Below, in pieces: positions 37,495 through 46,998 of a stretch of 64,000 bases of DNA. Location of the stretch: NCBI GenBank assembly GCA_038884755.1, contig JAWABJ010000001.1:544001-608000 (forward strand). The letters run 5' to 3'. Position numbers and translations under genes: made by a program. Under the pieces are notes generated by a model. It was not told where the DNA came from. It did no database searches and worked only from the letters and a program-made list of their open reading frames with translations. How positions within the stretch are numbered: the stretch's first letter is position 1; each line of letters begins with the position of its first letter. The stretch comes from Candidatus Norongarragalinales archaeon (GTDB taxonomy: Archaea; Micrarchaeota; Micrarchaeia; Norongarragalinales; Norongarragalinaceae).

Positions 37495-37618
37495 AGCCCC
37501 AGGGGAGTTTCGAACTCCCGACCTCCTGTTTTCGCGTTTCTTTTCTCCCAAGGGTCTTTTCTTTTTGAAAGAAAAGAGGCTTTACAAAACAGGCGCTCTA
37601 CCACTGAGCTACTGAGGC
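37495..37618 (-). tRNA. tRNA-Thr(TGT) with 52-nt intron (37531-37582) at position 37/38
   Basis: GCCTCAG/CTGGGGC acceptor stem, GCTC-AGTGGTA-GAGC D-arm, CCTGT/ACAGG anticodon stem, TT-TGT-A|A loop, GGGAG-TTCGAAA-CTCCC T-arm. Confidence 0.9.
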
Positions 37619-37665
37619 AGTAAAGAAAATAGTTTGTGAAGAAGGGGAAAATAAAGCAAGGCGTT

Positions 37666-40600
37666 TTACGCCTCAAAACGCCTTGTTCTCACGAACAGCA
37701 CGCCCGCAAGCAAGACGCCCATCATCGCCGCAAACCACAACGCGTCTGCAGGCCAGGAAGGCAAGAGCAGGTTTTGCCTGCGGCGTTGGAACGAACCGTC
37801 GTCTGCCGGAGGCAAGGCGAACGGGTTGGTTCCGGGAACGCCGCGCGTTCCTTCTGGCGTTCCGATGAAGCTCATGCCTTGCGAGGCGAAACGCGGGTCC
37901 ATCGGCAAATCCTGGCCGTTGTATACGGTAATCGCGCCAGTGGAAGGGTTGAACGTGAATATTCCGCCGGGCCCTTTGGCCGCTTCAAGCAGCCCGGAGT
38001 CTTTAAAGCCGGGACCGTTGACGTTGATTATCGGCTGGCCTTGGGCATTGAGCCCGGTTCCGAAGGAAATGTTGCCCTTGTCCGTCGGGAATACGACGTT
38101 TCCGTTCGCGTCTGTGAAAGGCTGCCCCGTGATTTTGAATGTTTCCGTTGCGCCCGTCTTTTTGTCGGTTATGGTAAGCGTCCCATCGGGGTTGAACTTG
38201 TAAATCTTGTCCGGAGTTTCGAGAATCTGCATTCCGCCCTTCCCGCCTTGCGAGTCTTGCTGGATTTTCGCCAGCGCGTCTCGCAATTGCTTGACCACGT
38301 CTTCAAAACCAGTCTTCCCTCGCAAGTCGAGGTTCACTACGGGAATTATTTTTCCGTTGGAATTCACCGTCCCGCCTTTAGCGATGACGTCGGAAATAGT
38401 CTGCGCCTTGCCGTCACCTATGACGTAAACGAAAACGTACAGGCGTTTTACGACGGGGTCGTACTCAATTTTTCCCTTCTCTCCAATAATCGTTTTTAGG
38501 ATTCCTATTTCTTCAACGCCGAAATCCCTGGGAGAGGAGAGCGTTACGCTGCCATTGCCCAAAACGGTGAGGCTGACGCCTGCAGTGGAAGCACCCAACC
38601 CCGCCGTTTTTGCAGCTTGCTCTAGAGTTGGGGCGCGCGTCGCCACTCCCGCCTCGCCCAGCGAAGTTCTAGTGAAGGTTATCGAGTCTCCAGTGAACGA
38701 AGCGGTGCCAAGCGTAGTGTCCACGCTCGAGATTTTTCCGAACACTTTCTCCAAATTGGTTCCGTCGAATTCCACGAGTTTTTTCAGCTCGCTTTCGAAG
38801 CAGTTCGCCGCAGGGCAGGTTTTGTCCGCCAACGCCGCGCTTCCAGAAGCGCTTATTGAAATGAACGGCTTGTCGCCACAGTCCAACAACGTAGTAATAA
38901 TGTGGTTGGGCACTATCATTCTCGCTAATTCCTGTGAGCGCAGGATGCTCGAAGCGCGCAGTTTCCAGTAGAAGTCGTTGAAGTCGAACGCTACGCTGCC
39001 GTCCTTGTTTATTTTCTTCAGCCCGTTTTTAGAAATCACGAGCGCCCCGCCGTCTGCGGTCGGCAGGGTTTCTTCCAAATTGCATCCCGTTCCGTTCAGG
39101 GTGTCGAAAATCCCGCCTGGCACCATCCACGCCGAGCGGTCTACGTGCACTGCAACGATTTCGTCAGGCTGCACGAAACCTTGCTGGTCTTGCAGTTGAG
39201 TCTTGAGGTTGAGCACTTCGGTATATTTCGCAAGTTCGTTTTGCACCTTGTCGCCTTCGCTGCCGAAAGTGTTGGCGAAAGACTGGGAAACGTCTTGAAG
39301 CACGTTGGAAGCCTTTTGGCTCGCGGTTTGGTTGGCGCGGTTGGTGGCTTCGGGCAAGCGTTGGTAAGCGAGAATCTTGTACTGCGAGTCTCGGCAATTT
39401 GCAGTGTAAATCTGGGCTTGGTTTCCGATGTACCATTGCCAGGCAAGCAGCGGGTCTATCCAGCTCGTAACGTCTCCCACCGCCGCAGCGCCTGTGTAAA
39501 TATTTCTCCAAAACTGGCTGGCAGTTCTGAGCAAGGGCAGGTAAGAAGTAGCTAGAGTGAGGGCGTAGTCGGTGAGCACGGCAGTGCGGTATTTAGCCTT
39601 GAGTTCGTCTTGGATGTCTTTCGAGCATTCTATCCCCTTTCCGAAGTTGGCGTCTATGTTCAAAACTTCTTCTGCCACTAGAAGCGAGCCGGCGAGCCCA
39701 AGCGTTTGCCCGGCTTCGGCAGAAAGGCTGCGGAATATCAGAAAGGGCAGTGCAAGGGTAAGCAGGAAGTTGTAAGTGGCGCTGTCGAATTTCTTGTTCA
39801 AAACTGGGCGCGGGAGTATTTCGTTTGAAACCAAGTGCAATCCAGTGTATTTTTCCGCGCCGGGATAGCGCACGTCCTCAAAGTTCACCGCAAAAGAATT
39901 GCCTTTCCAAACGGTGTTTATCTTCCATCCGGTGTCCGAACCAATCGAGGTCAGCGAATCCCCGCTTTCAGAGGAGGAAGGAAAGTTGCCGATGAAAACT
40001 TTTCCTGCGAAAAACGCTTTGGACGGCGCGCCACCAGTGTATTCGGAAATCAGCTCTTGCACCTTGCCTATTCCGAAAAGGTTGGTCGCATCCCTGAATT
40101 TTTCCGCAACAGGCCGGTTCACCATGATTTTCAGGTATTTGTTTTCGTTGAATCCGGTTGCAGCAAAAAGATTGCGGGTAGCCATGTCGTAAGCAAGCCT
40201 GGCTGGCCCCATCCAAGCGGCGCCCATCATGAGGTTGTAAGAAACGCGGGGTACAGACTGTTTTTTCGCGCGTTCCCACGCGGCTTTCACAGGTTCCGAA
40301 CGCCTTATCTGGTATTCCAAGCCTTCCCTTTCAACCCGCTTCGGGTTCAGGTTGTGCGTGCTGAGCACGCTGTCGATGGTTTGGCCGGCTCCGATTTCTT
40401 CCCGAACCACCAAGGCTCCGCCAGTGTCCCTTACTTCAACCGCTTGCACAGGACGAATAATCGGATTCCCGTGAACGTCGAGAACGGGGTTTCCGGCAGC
40501 ATCCAACAACGGCTCGTCCCTCAAGTGCACCGTGCGCACTAAAACCTCGTCGCCGTTGGTGTTGGTGAAAACCTGGGCACCGGCGCGCTGTTCTATCGGG

Positions 40601-41769
40601 CCGTAAAGGTCGGTCAGCGACTTGTCTTGGAACCCCTTGCTTTGCAGCCTTGCCTGCTCAAGGTTTTGTTTTAACTCAATGTTAGTTTTGCGTATTTTCT
40701 CAATGCGGTTTATCATCGAAGTTGCGCCCAGGCTTATTCCAAGTGAAACGTACAAGTCAGCCCGGGACCACGCGCCCGTGAAAGCCATCCAGTCTTCATA
40801 AAAAGAAGGCAAGAGAATGTTCGCGCCGCCGTTAAGCGAAAGCGAGGAAATTATCGACCGCCCTACAAACCACTGGTTGCTCAAAGGGTCGTCGAGGTCG
40901 GCGTTCGTTTCGTTAGTTGGCGGGTAGATGTATTTCCCCGAAATGGTTTGGTTTCCTGGAATTCCGTAAGTCAAGTCCGAACCCAAAACCCCCAAGTAAG
41001 AAATCCTTCCTTTAATCGTTCCCTTCAACAAGCAAGAATCTGGATTCAACGCTTGCGCGGCTGCGACTTGCGCGTAAGTGATTTCCCGCTGCTTTCCGTT
41101 TTCCCCGACAGGCCCGGGAATTATCACTTTGAGGTTGGCGTAAGGCTCGGGCGTGCCTTGCGGCAGGGGTTGGACGGTCGGAATCTCGCGGTTTCCGCCG
41201 AGAAAATTGTTGAAAACCTGGTTCCATCGTTCCAAAGCGCTCGAACCCCTGCTGAGCTCTCGGCGCATTATTTCGTTAGCTTGCGAAACGGTGACTGCGG
41301 TGTTTTGCAAAACCTCGTCGGCATTGTCTTGCGAAGCGTCGTAATCCTGCACGTACTTCAACAGCTTTTCCTTCGGAACCCCGAACGCCTGCAGCGAAGC
41401 GAGAGTAACCTGTTGGTCCAAAACCGTCAAGGCTGGCGCTGGGTTCAAAGGAGCGTTCGGGTCGAGGGGGTTCGTAATTTTGGCGCCCTGCTGGTTCAAA
41501 GCAACTTCCAAAGGAACGTCTGTAAGCTGTTGAATTGGCTTTGCTGCAGTGTTAGCCCAAAGGGTTTCCCTCTCCGAGTCGGAAATGGTGCTTACCGTGC
41601 AGCTGCCGCCCGACTTTATTTCCGCGGGATAGGGAATGGTGGACGTGGGCTTTGAAGTCGGAGAGGGAGTCGGGTCTGCCGCGAAGGCGAAGGGAGAAAA
41701 CAATTGGACTAAGAAAAGGGAGATTAAGAATAACGAAAAGGTTTTGTGCGGAAAACGCCTTGGCAGCAT
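37666..41769 (-). CDS. large secreted surface protein with C-terminal membrane anchor/sorting-like signal
   Basis: Signal peptide ending AFA-A, P/T/S linker, C-terminal LPSWP + hydrophobic helix + RTRR; start 41769 or 41805. Confidence 0.85.
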   Translation of the reverse strand: MLPRRFPHKTFSLFLISLFLVQLFSPFAFAADPTPSPTSKPTSTIPYPAEIKSGGSCTVSTISDSERETLWANTAAKPIQQLTDVPLEVALNQQGAKITNPLDPNAPLNPAPALTVLDQQVTLASLQAFGVPKEKLLKYVQDYDASQDNADEVLQNTAVTVSQANEIMRRELSRGSSALERWNQVFNNFLGGNREIPTVQPLPQGTPEPYANLKVIIPGPVGENGKQREITYAQVAAAQALNPDSCLLKGTIKGRISYLGVLGSDLTYGIPGNQTISGKYIYPPTNETNADLDDPLSNQWFVGRSIISSLSLNGGANILLPSFYEDWMAFTGAWSRADLYVSLGISLGATSMINRIEKIRKTNIELKQNLEQARLQSKGFQDKSLTDLYGPIEQRAGAQVFTNTNGDEVLVRTVHLRDEPLLDAAGNPVLDVHGNPIIRPVQAVEVRDTGGALVVREEIGAGQTIDSVLSTHNLNPKRVEREGLEYQIRRSEPVKAAWERAKKQSVPRVSYNLMMGAAWMGPARLAYDMATRNLFAATGFNENKYLKIMVNRPVAEKFRDATNLFGIGKVQELISEYTGGAPSKAFFAGKVFIGNFPSSSESGDSLTSIGSDTGWKINTVWKGNSFAVNFEDVRYPGAEKYTGLHLVSNEILPRPVLNKKFDSATYNFLLTLALPFLIFRSLSAEAGQTLGLAGSLLVAEEVLNIDANFGKGIECSKDIQDELKAKYRTAVLTDYALTLATSYLPLLRTASQFWRNIYTGAAAVGDVTSWIDPLLAWQWYIGNQAQIYTANCRDSQYKILAYQRLPEATNRANQTASQKASNVLQDVSQSFANTFGSEGDKVQNELAKYTEVLNLKTQLQDQQGFVQPDEIVAVHVDRSAWMVPGGIFDTLNGTGCNLEETLPTADGGALVISKNGLKKINKDGSVAFDFNDFYWKLRASSILRSQELARMIVPNHIITTLLDCGDKPFISISASGSAALADKTCPAANCFESELKKLVEFDGTNLEKVFGKISSVDTTLGTASFTGDSITFTRTSLGEAGVATRAPTLEQAAKTAGLGASTAGVSLTVLGNGSVTLSSPRDFGVEEIGILKTIIGEKGKIEYDPVVKRLYVFVYVIGDGKAQTISDVIAKGGTVNSNGKIIPVVNLDLRGKTGFEDVVKQLRDALAKIQQDSQGGKGGMQILETPDKIYKFNPDGTLTITDKKTGATETFKITGQPFTDANGNVVFPTDKGNISFGTGLNAQGQPIINVNGPGFKDSGLLEAAKGPGGIFTFNPSTGAITVYNGQDLPMDPRFASQGMSFIGTPEGTRGVPGTNPFALPPADDGSFQRRRQNLLLPSWPADALWFAAMMGVLLAGVLFVRTRRFEA

Positions 41770-41870
41770 GATTACAATAAGGGCTCGCGCTCTTTTAAAA
41801 AACATCTTTACCGGCGTAAAACGAGTGGGAGAAACGCTTTTTTTATATCCGCTTTGAGTAAAGCGTTCGT

Positions 41871-43421
41871 ATGGTTTCCCTCGCCGCCATAGCTTACTAC
41901 GCGTTTTTGTTCGTAGGAGGCATCGGATTCGGATATTTCGTGCTGCGCTTGACCAAACCCGACGCTAGGCTCATGCGCCCGAACGAAAAGCTCGGCGCTT
42001 CGGCAGTATACGGCTTCGCGCTGTTCGCGATAGCGTTCGCGCTCGACTATTTCATCGCCGGAGAAACACGGTTTTTCGAGGCAGCCGGATTTCTCCCAAT
42101 CACGCTTTTCTTCACGATTTTGCTGAGCGTTTTTTTCCTCAAGGTCGCGGGAGCGTTTTCAAAACCAGAATTCCTCGTAGTGGGGGTTCCGGCGGTTAAA
42201 ACCAGCGCGGCTGTGGCCGCGGAAAAAAGCATTTTGTCGCCCACTGCAATCCGAGAGCCTGCGCCGCAGGCTCAAACGCCTTTTAAAACCCAAACTCAGC
42301 CGTTCAAGGAAATAACTTCTTCAAGCGCGCCGGTCGCCGGCGTTGCTATAGGAGACTTGGTTTCAAAACGCGCGCCTGCCGAACAAAAACAGACTCCACA
42401 AATTGTGAAAAAAGAAATTCCTGCCGCGCCAACGCCCACGCAGCCTGCAGCGCTTCCAAAGAGGGAAACGCCCTTGCCTTCGCAACAACCGCCTCTTTCA
42501 AAAATTGATTTGCAGTTCGAGCCGCGCAAAAAACCCGAAGAGCACAAGAAAGCGGGAATGGACGGGTTTTTCGGCGGAATCGCGAATGCGTTGGGAATTG
42601 GAAAGCGCGAGCAGGGCGAAATCCAAATCGCTAAAGTAAAGGAAGAGCGGGTCGCTCCGAGCGAGATAGCAAAGCAAATCGCCCCAAAAAAACAGGAAAT
42701 TCCGGAAAAGAATGAGGCGGGTGCAATAGGGGAAGACGCGGAGTTGAAGGAAAAGGAATTGAAGAAAATAAAAGAGGCGGAGTTGGAGGAGATAGCGAGA
42801 GAACTCGCGGGCGAGGAGAAGGGTGGAATCGAATCTGAGATAACGCACAGGCGGTATTTGGAAAAAAGCGCGGGACAGCAAAAACCGGCGGCGCAGGAAA
42901 AGAAGAAGGAAGTTTCTGAAGAGGAAGAGTTTGAAAGCATGGTGCAGGAGGTTTACAACCAGCTTCAAATAAGCAAAACGCGCGCGGAAGTGAGCGACAA
43001 GCTCAAGCTTTCACCCCCGCCGGCCGAAGGCAAGGCCGAACAGAAGATATCCGCAATGCAGGCGGAGCCTTCGCAGCCGCAGCTTTCGCCCATCTCCTTG
43101 TTTTCCGAAGAGCCGGCGAAAACCGCACCAACGCCTTTGCCTTCACCTTCATCGCTGTTCGACCAGTTGAACGCAATTTCCGGCGGTGGCGCTGGCACAG
43201 CGCAAAAAACCGAGGCCGACGTGAAGTTCGTGAAAATCCCTGCGAACGGTGCGGGATGCCCGCGCTGCCACGCAAGCAACTCGCGCATAGTCTTCTGTCC
43301 TTACTGCGGAAGCGGAATGTGCGCCAATTGCACGCCGCTCATCACGCCAAAAGAAGACGGTTTCGATTACGCTTGCCCCAAGTGCGGGGAAAACGTTTTC
43401 GTGAAAAGGCAGCCTCAGTGA
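41871..43421 (+). CDS. membrane protein: 3 N-terminal TM helices, long P/E/K-rich linker, C-terminal 8-Cys zinc finger
   Basis: Hydrophobic first ~95 aa; CPRC...CPYC...CANC...CPKC. Confidence 0.8.
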   Translation: MVSLAAIAYYAFLFVGGIGFGYFVLRLTKPDARLMRPNEKLGASAVYGFALFAIAFALDYFIAGETRFFEAAGFLPITLFFTILLSVFFLKVAGAFSKPEFLVVGVPAVKTSAAVAAEKSILSPTAIREPAPQAQTPFKTQTQPFKEITSSSAPVAGVAIGDLVSKRAPAEQKQTPQIVKKEIPAAPTPTQPAALPKRETPLPSQQPPLSKIDLQFEPRKKPEEHKKAGMDGFFGGIANALGIGKREQGEIQIAKVKEERVAPSEIAKQIAPKKQEIPEKNEAGAIGEDAELKEKELKKIKEAELEEIARELAGEEKGGIESEITHRRYLEKSAGQQKPAAQEKKKEVSEEEEFESMVQEVYNQLQISKTRAEVSDKLKLSPPPAEGKAEQKISAMQAEPSQPQLSPISLFSEEPAKTAPTPLPSPSSLFDQLNAISGGGAGTAQKTEADVKFVKIPANGAGCPRCHASNSRIVFCPYCGSGMCANCTPLITPKEDGFDYACPKCGENVFVKRQPQ

Positions 43422-43424
43422 TGC

Positions 43425-44273
43425 TCAAGCAAAATCTTCTTTCGACTGCCAAATGCAAATGCGCGTTTTGTATTTGATGAATTTCGAGTCGAGCGAGCCG
43501 CCGCTTGTATCCGAGTACAAAACTTGGAACGGGGATGAAACCGCGAGAATCTGGTATCCGGAGCGCAATGCGGAAAAACACCCTGGCACTTCGCTTGCCG
43601 CACCGTTCTGTGCCTTGTTGCTATATCCTCCCGCCGTTTCCACCCCTACGACGTTCAAGTCTTTGGAATTCGTTATCTCGGGCCCGATGTAATGCACTAT
43701 GCCCTGCGGGGTTCCGCCCGCAATGCCGGGCGCGTCTTGCGACAAGATAGCTTCGAAGTAATACTTGTATCCGGAGAAAGAGAAGGGCTTCATGAGTTCC
43801 TTCAGCGCGCAGCGCACTGCAGTGCGTCCCGGCACTCTCGCTCCGCCGGGCGGCGTGCCGAAACTGTCGTCGAGCTTTGGCATCGCCCCGCCTACGGCAA
43901 GCGTTGGGTCGGAGTCGGCCAAATCGCGTTTCATCAAATCCGTCACGCGCAGGGTTCCTGGATAGTCTTGCAACTGCGCACAGCCGTCGTCGGAATCGTC
44001 CAAATCGTATTTTGCGTTGGTTTCAAAACCGCTTTGCGTGAGGGCTTTCTTGTAAACGTCAATGCCGTCGCTTCCCACGCCCGTGAGCGTGGACGCGTCG
44101 ACGTAATACAGCGCTTTGGAAACGCTTTGCATGTAATTCAGCACGTACGCACTTCTCAAAACCTGGTCTTGGTCTTCGCCCCACGTGCCGACGAAATTGA
44201 AAATCAAGACCGACGAGAAAATGGACACCAATAGGAGTATTATCGCGTCGGTGATTGCCGCTTGGCTTTTCAT
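43425..44273 (-). CDS. pilin-like protein (class III signal peptide)
   Basis: MKS|QAAITDAIILLLVSIF; ATGA overlap with upstream gene. Confidence 0.72.
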   Translation of the reverse strand: MKSQAAITDAIILLLVSIFSSVLIFNFVGTWGEDQDQVLRSAYVLNYMQSVSKALYYVDASTLTGVGSDGIDVYKKALTQSGFETNAKYDLDDSDDGCAQLQDYPGTLRVTDLMKRDLADSDPTLAVGGAMPKLDDSFGTPPGGARVPGRTAVRCALKELMKPFSFSGYKYYFEAILSQDAPGIAGGTPQGIVHYIGPEITNSKDLNVVGVETAGGYSNKAQNGAASEVPGCFSALRSGYQILAVSSPFQVLYSDTSGGSLDSKFIKYKTRICIWQSKEDFA

Positions 44274-44845
44274 CTCGTAGAATTTCCTTTCCATGTAATC
44301 ACGTTTACCACACCCAGTCCGTTCGTGAAACTGTCTGCGTCAGGACAGGGCACTGCGACTGGAAAGCTGGCGAGGACGCTGTCCCGCGGTTGTTCCAAAA
44401 GCCCGTTTGAAGGCACGTTGGGGTCGTTCGAGCAGGAAAACCACGTTTCCCCCACGCTCTCTGAAGCATCGACGTAAAACGGGCTTGTTTTCTCTGTTTC
44501 CGGAGCATAAGGATTCAACTGAGTGTTGGCGCTTTTGTAGTCTATGGGAATGCCGTTGCAAAATCGCTTTAGGGTAATCAAATATTTTACTCCTAGGGAA
44601 GCGGCGCGCGGCTTGACCTTTCCGTCGCATGTTGCTGCAAGCGTGCTGTTGTCTATGAAGCCCGTTTCCGTGACGAGGTACGACAGCGAAATGAGTCCGT
44701 CGCGGATTTCAAGCTGTTTTGCTTTCGCGGAAATCAATTGGTTCGCGTAAATGATTGTTCCGGTGAAAATCAGTATGGCGAATACTATTGGGAAAATGCT
44801 TGGAATGTCGTCGCCAAGCGGGCCTATGTACGCTTTAAGCTTCAT
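44270..44845 (-). CDS. pilin-like protein (atypical class III signal)
   Basis: MKLKA|YIGPLGDDIPSIFPIVFAILIF; lies within the pilin operon. Confidence 0.6.
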   Translation of the reverse strand: MKLKAYIGPLGDDIPSIFPIVFAILIFTGTIIYANQLISAKAKQLEIRDGLISLSYLVTETGFIDNSTLAATCDGKVKPRAASLGVKYLITLKRFCNGIPIDYKSANTQLNPYAPETEKTSPFYVDASESVGETWFSCSNDPNVPSNGLLEQPRDSVLASFPVAVPCPDADSFTNGLGVVNVITWKGNSTR

Positions 44846-44854
44846 TTTTTCACC

Positions 44855-45508
44855 TTACGCGAAACGGCATTCGGACACCGCGTCCAGTTTCAGGCACTTG
44901 TCTGGGTCCACGCTCGTCGAGCCGGGAAAAACGTAATTGCAGTTCTGGAGGTACAAGAACGTCTTCCCCCGAAAGGTCGATTTCTCGCGGCACCGCAGCA
45001 CTATCAAGTAAGAACTCCTGTCCCCGGGGTTGGACGGCGTGAGATGCAGGGTTTTGAAAACGTTAAAGCCGAAACGTTCTTCAATAATGTGCTTCGAGTC
45101 GGTCCCGTCGGAAGGCACGTGCGAAGGCTGGAATACCACGTTGTCTTCGTCAATGTTGCCGTATCCCACGCTTTGAAATGCGATGCAGTCTTTCGAGTCG
45201 GTGGCAACGCCCACCACCAGGGTTTTGGAGTCCGGACGCTTGGTGATGTTCACCACGTACCGGGACCGGTCTTTTTCTCCCACGTTCAGAGCAGCAACAA
45301 GCGGAACGAGTTTCCGCTCGTCTTCCGCGGGGGAAGTCAAAACCTGGTTTATGGAAGAAGCGATTTGCCTTGCCGCAAGCTCGGCTTGCGTTTGACACAA
45401 TCCTTTTTGTTCAGCGTTGGAAAACAACAGGACTATCAAAGCCAAGCTCGTTATGAAAAACACCATCGCGAAGCGCGTGAGCATCGAAAGTTCGATTTGA
45501 CTTTTCAA
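44855..45508 (-). CDS. pilin-like protein (class III signal peptide)
   Basis: MKS|QIELSMLTRFAMVFFITSLALIVLLF; TTG start. Confidence 0.72.
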   Translation of the reverse strand: MKSQIELSMLTRFAMVFFITSLALIVLLFSNAEQKGLCQTQAELAARQIASSINQVLTSPAEDERKLVPLVAALNVGEKDRSRYVVNITKRPDSKTLVVGVATDSKDCIAFQSVGYGNIDEDNVVFQPSHVPSDGTDSKHIIEERFGFNVFKTLHLTPSNPGDRSSYLIVLRCREKSTFRGKTFLYLQNCNYVFPGSTSVDPDKCLKLDAVSECRFA

Positions 45509-45510
45509 TT

Positions 45511-46179
45511 TTAATCAGCCGCCGTAGCGCAAACCTCGATCGAACCCCGCTCGTTCCCGCCGGCGAGTTCGGTTGTTTTCGTGAGTTTTATCTTGAAAGA
45601 ACGCACGTCCAAGCCCGACAAGGTTTTCCAGCGCGAGGGGCTGGTGGGGTCGCCTTCCCTCCAAACGCTCGTCGTGACCCCGAAGTCTGTCGGATTGCAA
45701 CCGGCCTCTTGGAAGCAAGGGGCGTTCGAAAGCTGAATCCCCCCGGCGCATTCTTTTATTTGAACGTCGCCAGCCATGTTCACGCAGGAAATCGCGTCGG
45801 GAACTTGCGAATAGCGGTTTCTATTTGCTGGGTCGCGGGAGATGGGGACAACCTGCCAGCAATACCCGTAATTCCCTTGGCACAAACGGCAATACTCAGG
45901 CTGCAGGTAAAGCACGAATTGCAGTCCGTCGACTTTCTCGTTTCCGCAGGTGGGCAAGTCGAAATAAACGGTGCGCGTTGTTCCCGCGCTTCCCAGCGCC
46001 ACGTCGATCATCGCGTTTTTCAACTGTTGCGTTTGCGTCTTGAGCGTGGCGACGCACTTTCCTTCCTCCACGTCGCCAATGACTTTCAACCCCAAACCCA
46101 AAGCCATGGCGAGGATTATTACTGCTACGAAAAGCTCTATAGGCGCTGACACTTGAGATTTGAAAAAGCGAATGCGCAT
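45511..46179 (-). CDS. pilin-like Cys-rich protein (class III signal peptide)
   Basis: RFFKS|QVSAPIELFVAVIILAMAL. Confidence 0.75.
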   Translation of the reverse strand: MRIRFFKSQVSAPIELFVAVIILAMALGLGLKVIGDVEEGKCVATLKTQTQQLKNAMIDVALGSAGTTRTVYFDLPTCGNEKVDGLQFVLYLQPEYCRLCQGNYGYCWQVVPISRDPANRNRYSQVPDAISCVNMAGDVQIKECAGGIQLSNAPCFQEAGCNPTDFGVTTSVWREGDPTSPSRWKTLSGLDVRSFKIKLTKTTELAGGNERGSIEVCATAAD

Positions 46180-46223
46180 GAGTTGATTAAGAAAAATCTG
46201 TTTAAAACGAGTGCGTTTTCAAT

Positions 46224-46409
46224 TCAAGAAAAAGCCAAGGCGATTGAATTCAAAACCTGCCTGGCGGTGTCGGTTGTTTGCGAGGCAGTTCCGCTCGCCT
46301 GGTTGAACAGCGGCTTTACGAAAGTCACCAAAAGGATTACGGCTATCGCTATCACGATAATCATGTAAATGGGAGTCCAATTCTGCCCTTTGCTCGCATT
46401 GCCGCGCAT
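46224..46409 (-). CDS. small Flp-like pilin (61 aa)
   Basis: SKG|QNWTPIYMIIVIAIAVILLV followed by a short amphipathic helix. Confidence 0.7.
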   Translation of the reverse strand: MRGNASKGQNWTPIYMIIVIAIAVILLVTFVKPLFNQASGTASQTTDTARQVLNSIALAFS

Positions 46410-46444
46410 AAACGAAAGAAAGGTGAAAGGCGTTAATTAATCTT

Positions 46445-46915
46445 TCAGGATATGCCGCACTTGGAGGTGCAGGCGGTCCTGGCTTCCTCGGGATTTCGTC
46501 CTACTCCCACGCAGTACTTGGGGTCTGTAGGGCGGGTGTCGTCGCCGCAAATCACTATTTGCGCTTCAATCCTTATGTTGGCCTCTATCTTGTCGTCGGT
46601 AACGTCGAGCTTGTCGGCGGTGCAAATGCTTCCGTTGCACGCGAAGGCGAGTTCGGACGGGTCTATCGGAACGTCTTGGATGACAGAGCGTTTTACTATC
46701 AACGCGTCTTTCTCGAAAGTCGCCTTCTTTGCGGTCGTAATCCCAAAGCCTTTCGACTGCACGGTTTTCAAGCCGTCTTGCATCACGGCGCTCGGGTCTC
46801 CGACGCCGAAGCTTATTCCCCCGAGGATGTTCAACAAAACTCCCAAAATCGCCAAAGCCACGATTACGCTTATCACTAGCATCATGGTTTCGAAAGCTTG
46901 CCCTTTCAAACGCAT
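46445..46915 (-). CDS. pilin-like protein (class III signal peptide)
   Basis: MRLKG|QAFETMMLVISVIVALAILGVLL; GGGGTGA SD. Confidence 0.78.
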   Translation of the reverse strand: MRLKGQAFETMMLVISVIVALAILGVLLNILGGISFGVGDPSAVMQDGLKTVQSKGFGITTAKKATFEKDALIVKRSVIQDVPIDPSELAFACNGSICTADKLDVTDDKIEANIRIEAQIVICGDDTRPTDPKYCVGVGRNPEEARTACTSKCGIS

Positions 46916-46998
46916 TGAAAATTCACCCCGAACAACACCGACTGAAAGCATTACAGAATCGTGCTTTTAAAGCTTGCAATTTGCGGCCGAGCGCGGGT

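Noticed and set aside
37459..37551. N-terminal extension of TrmI in the ORF track
   Set aside because: It lies within the tRNA-Thr(TGT) gene; ATG 37458 is the plausible start
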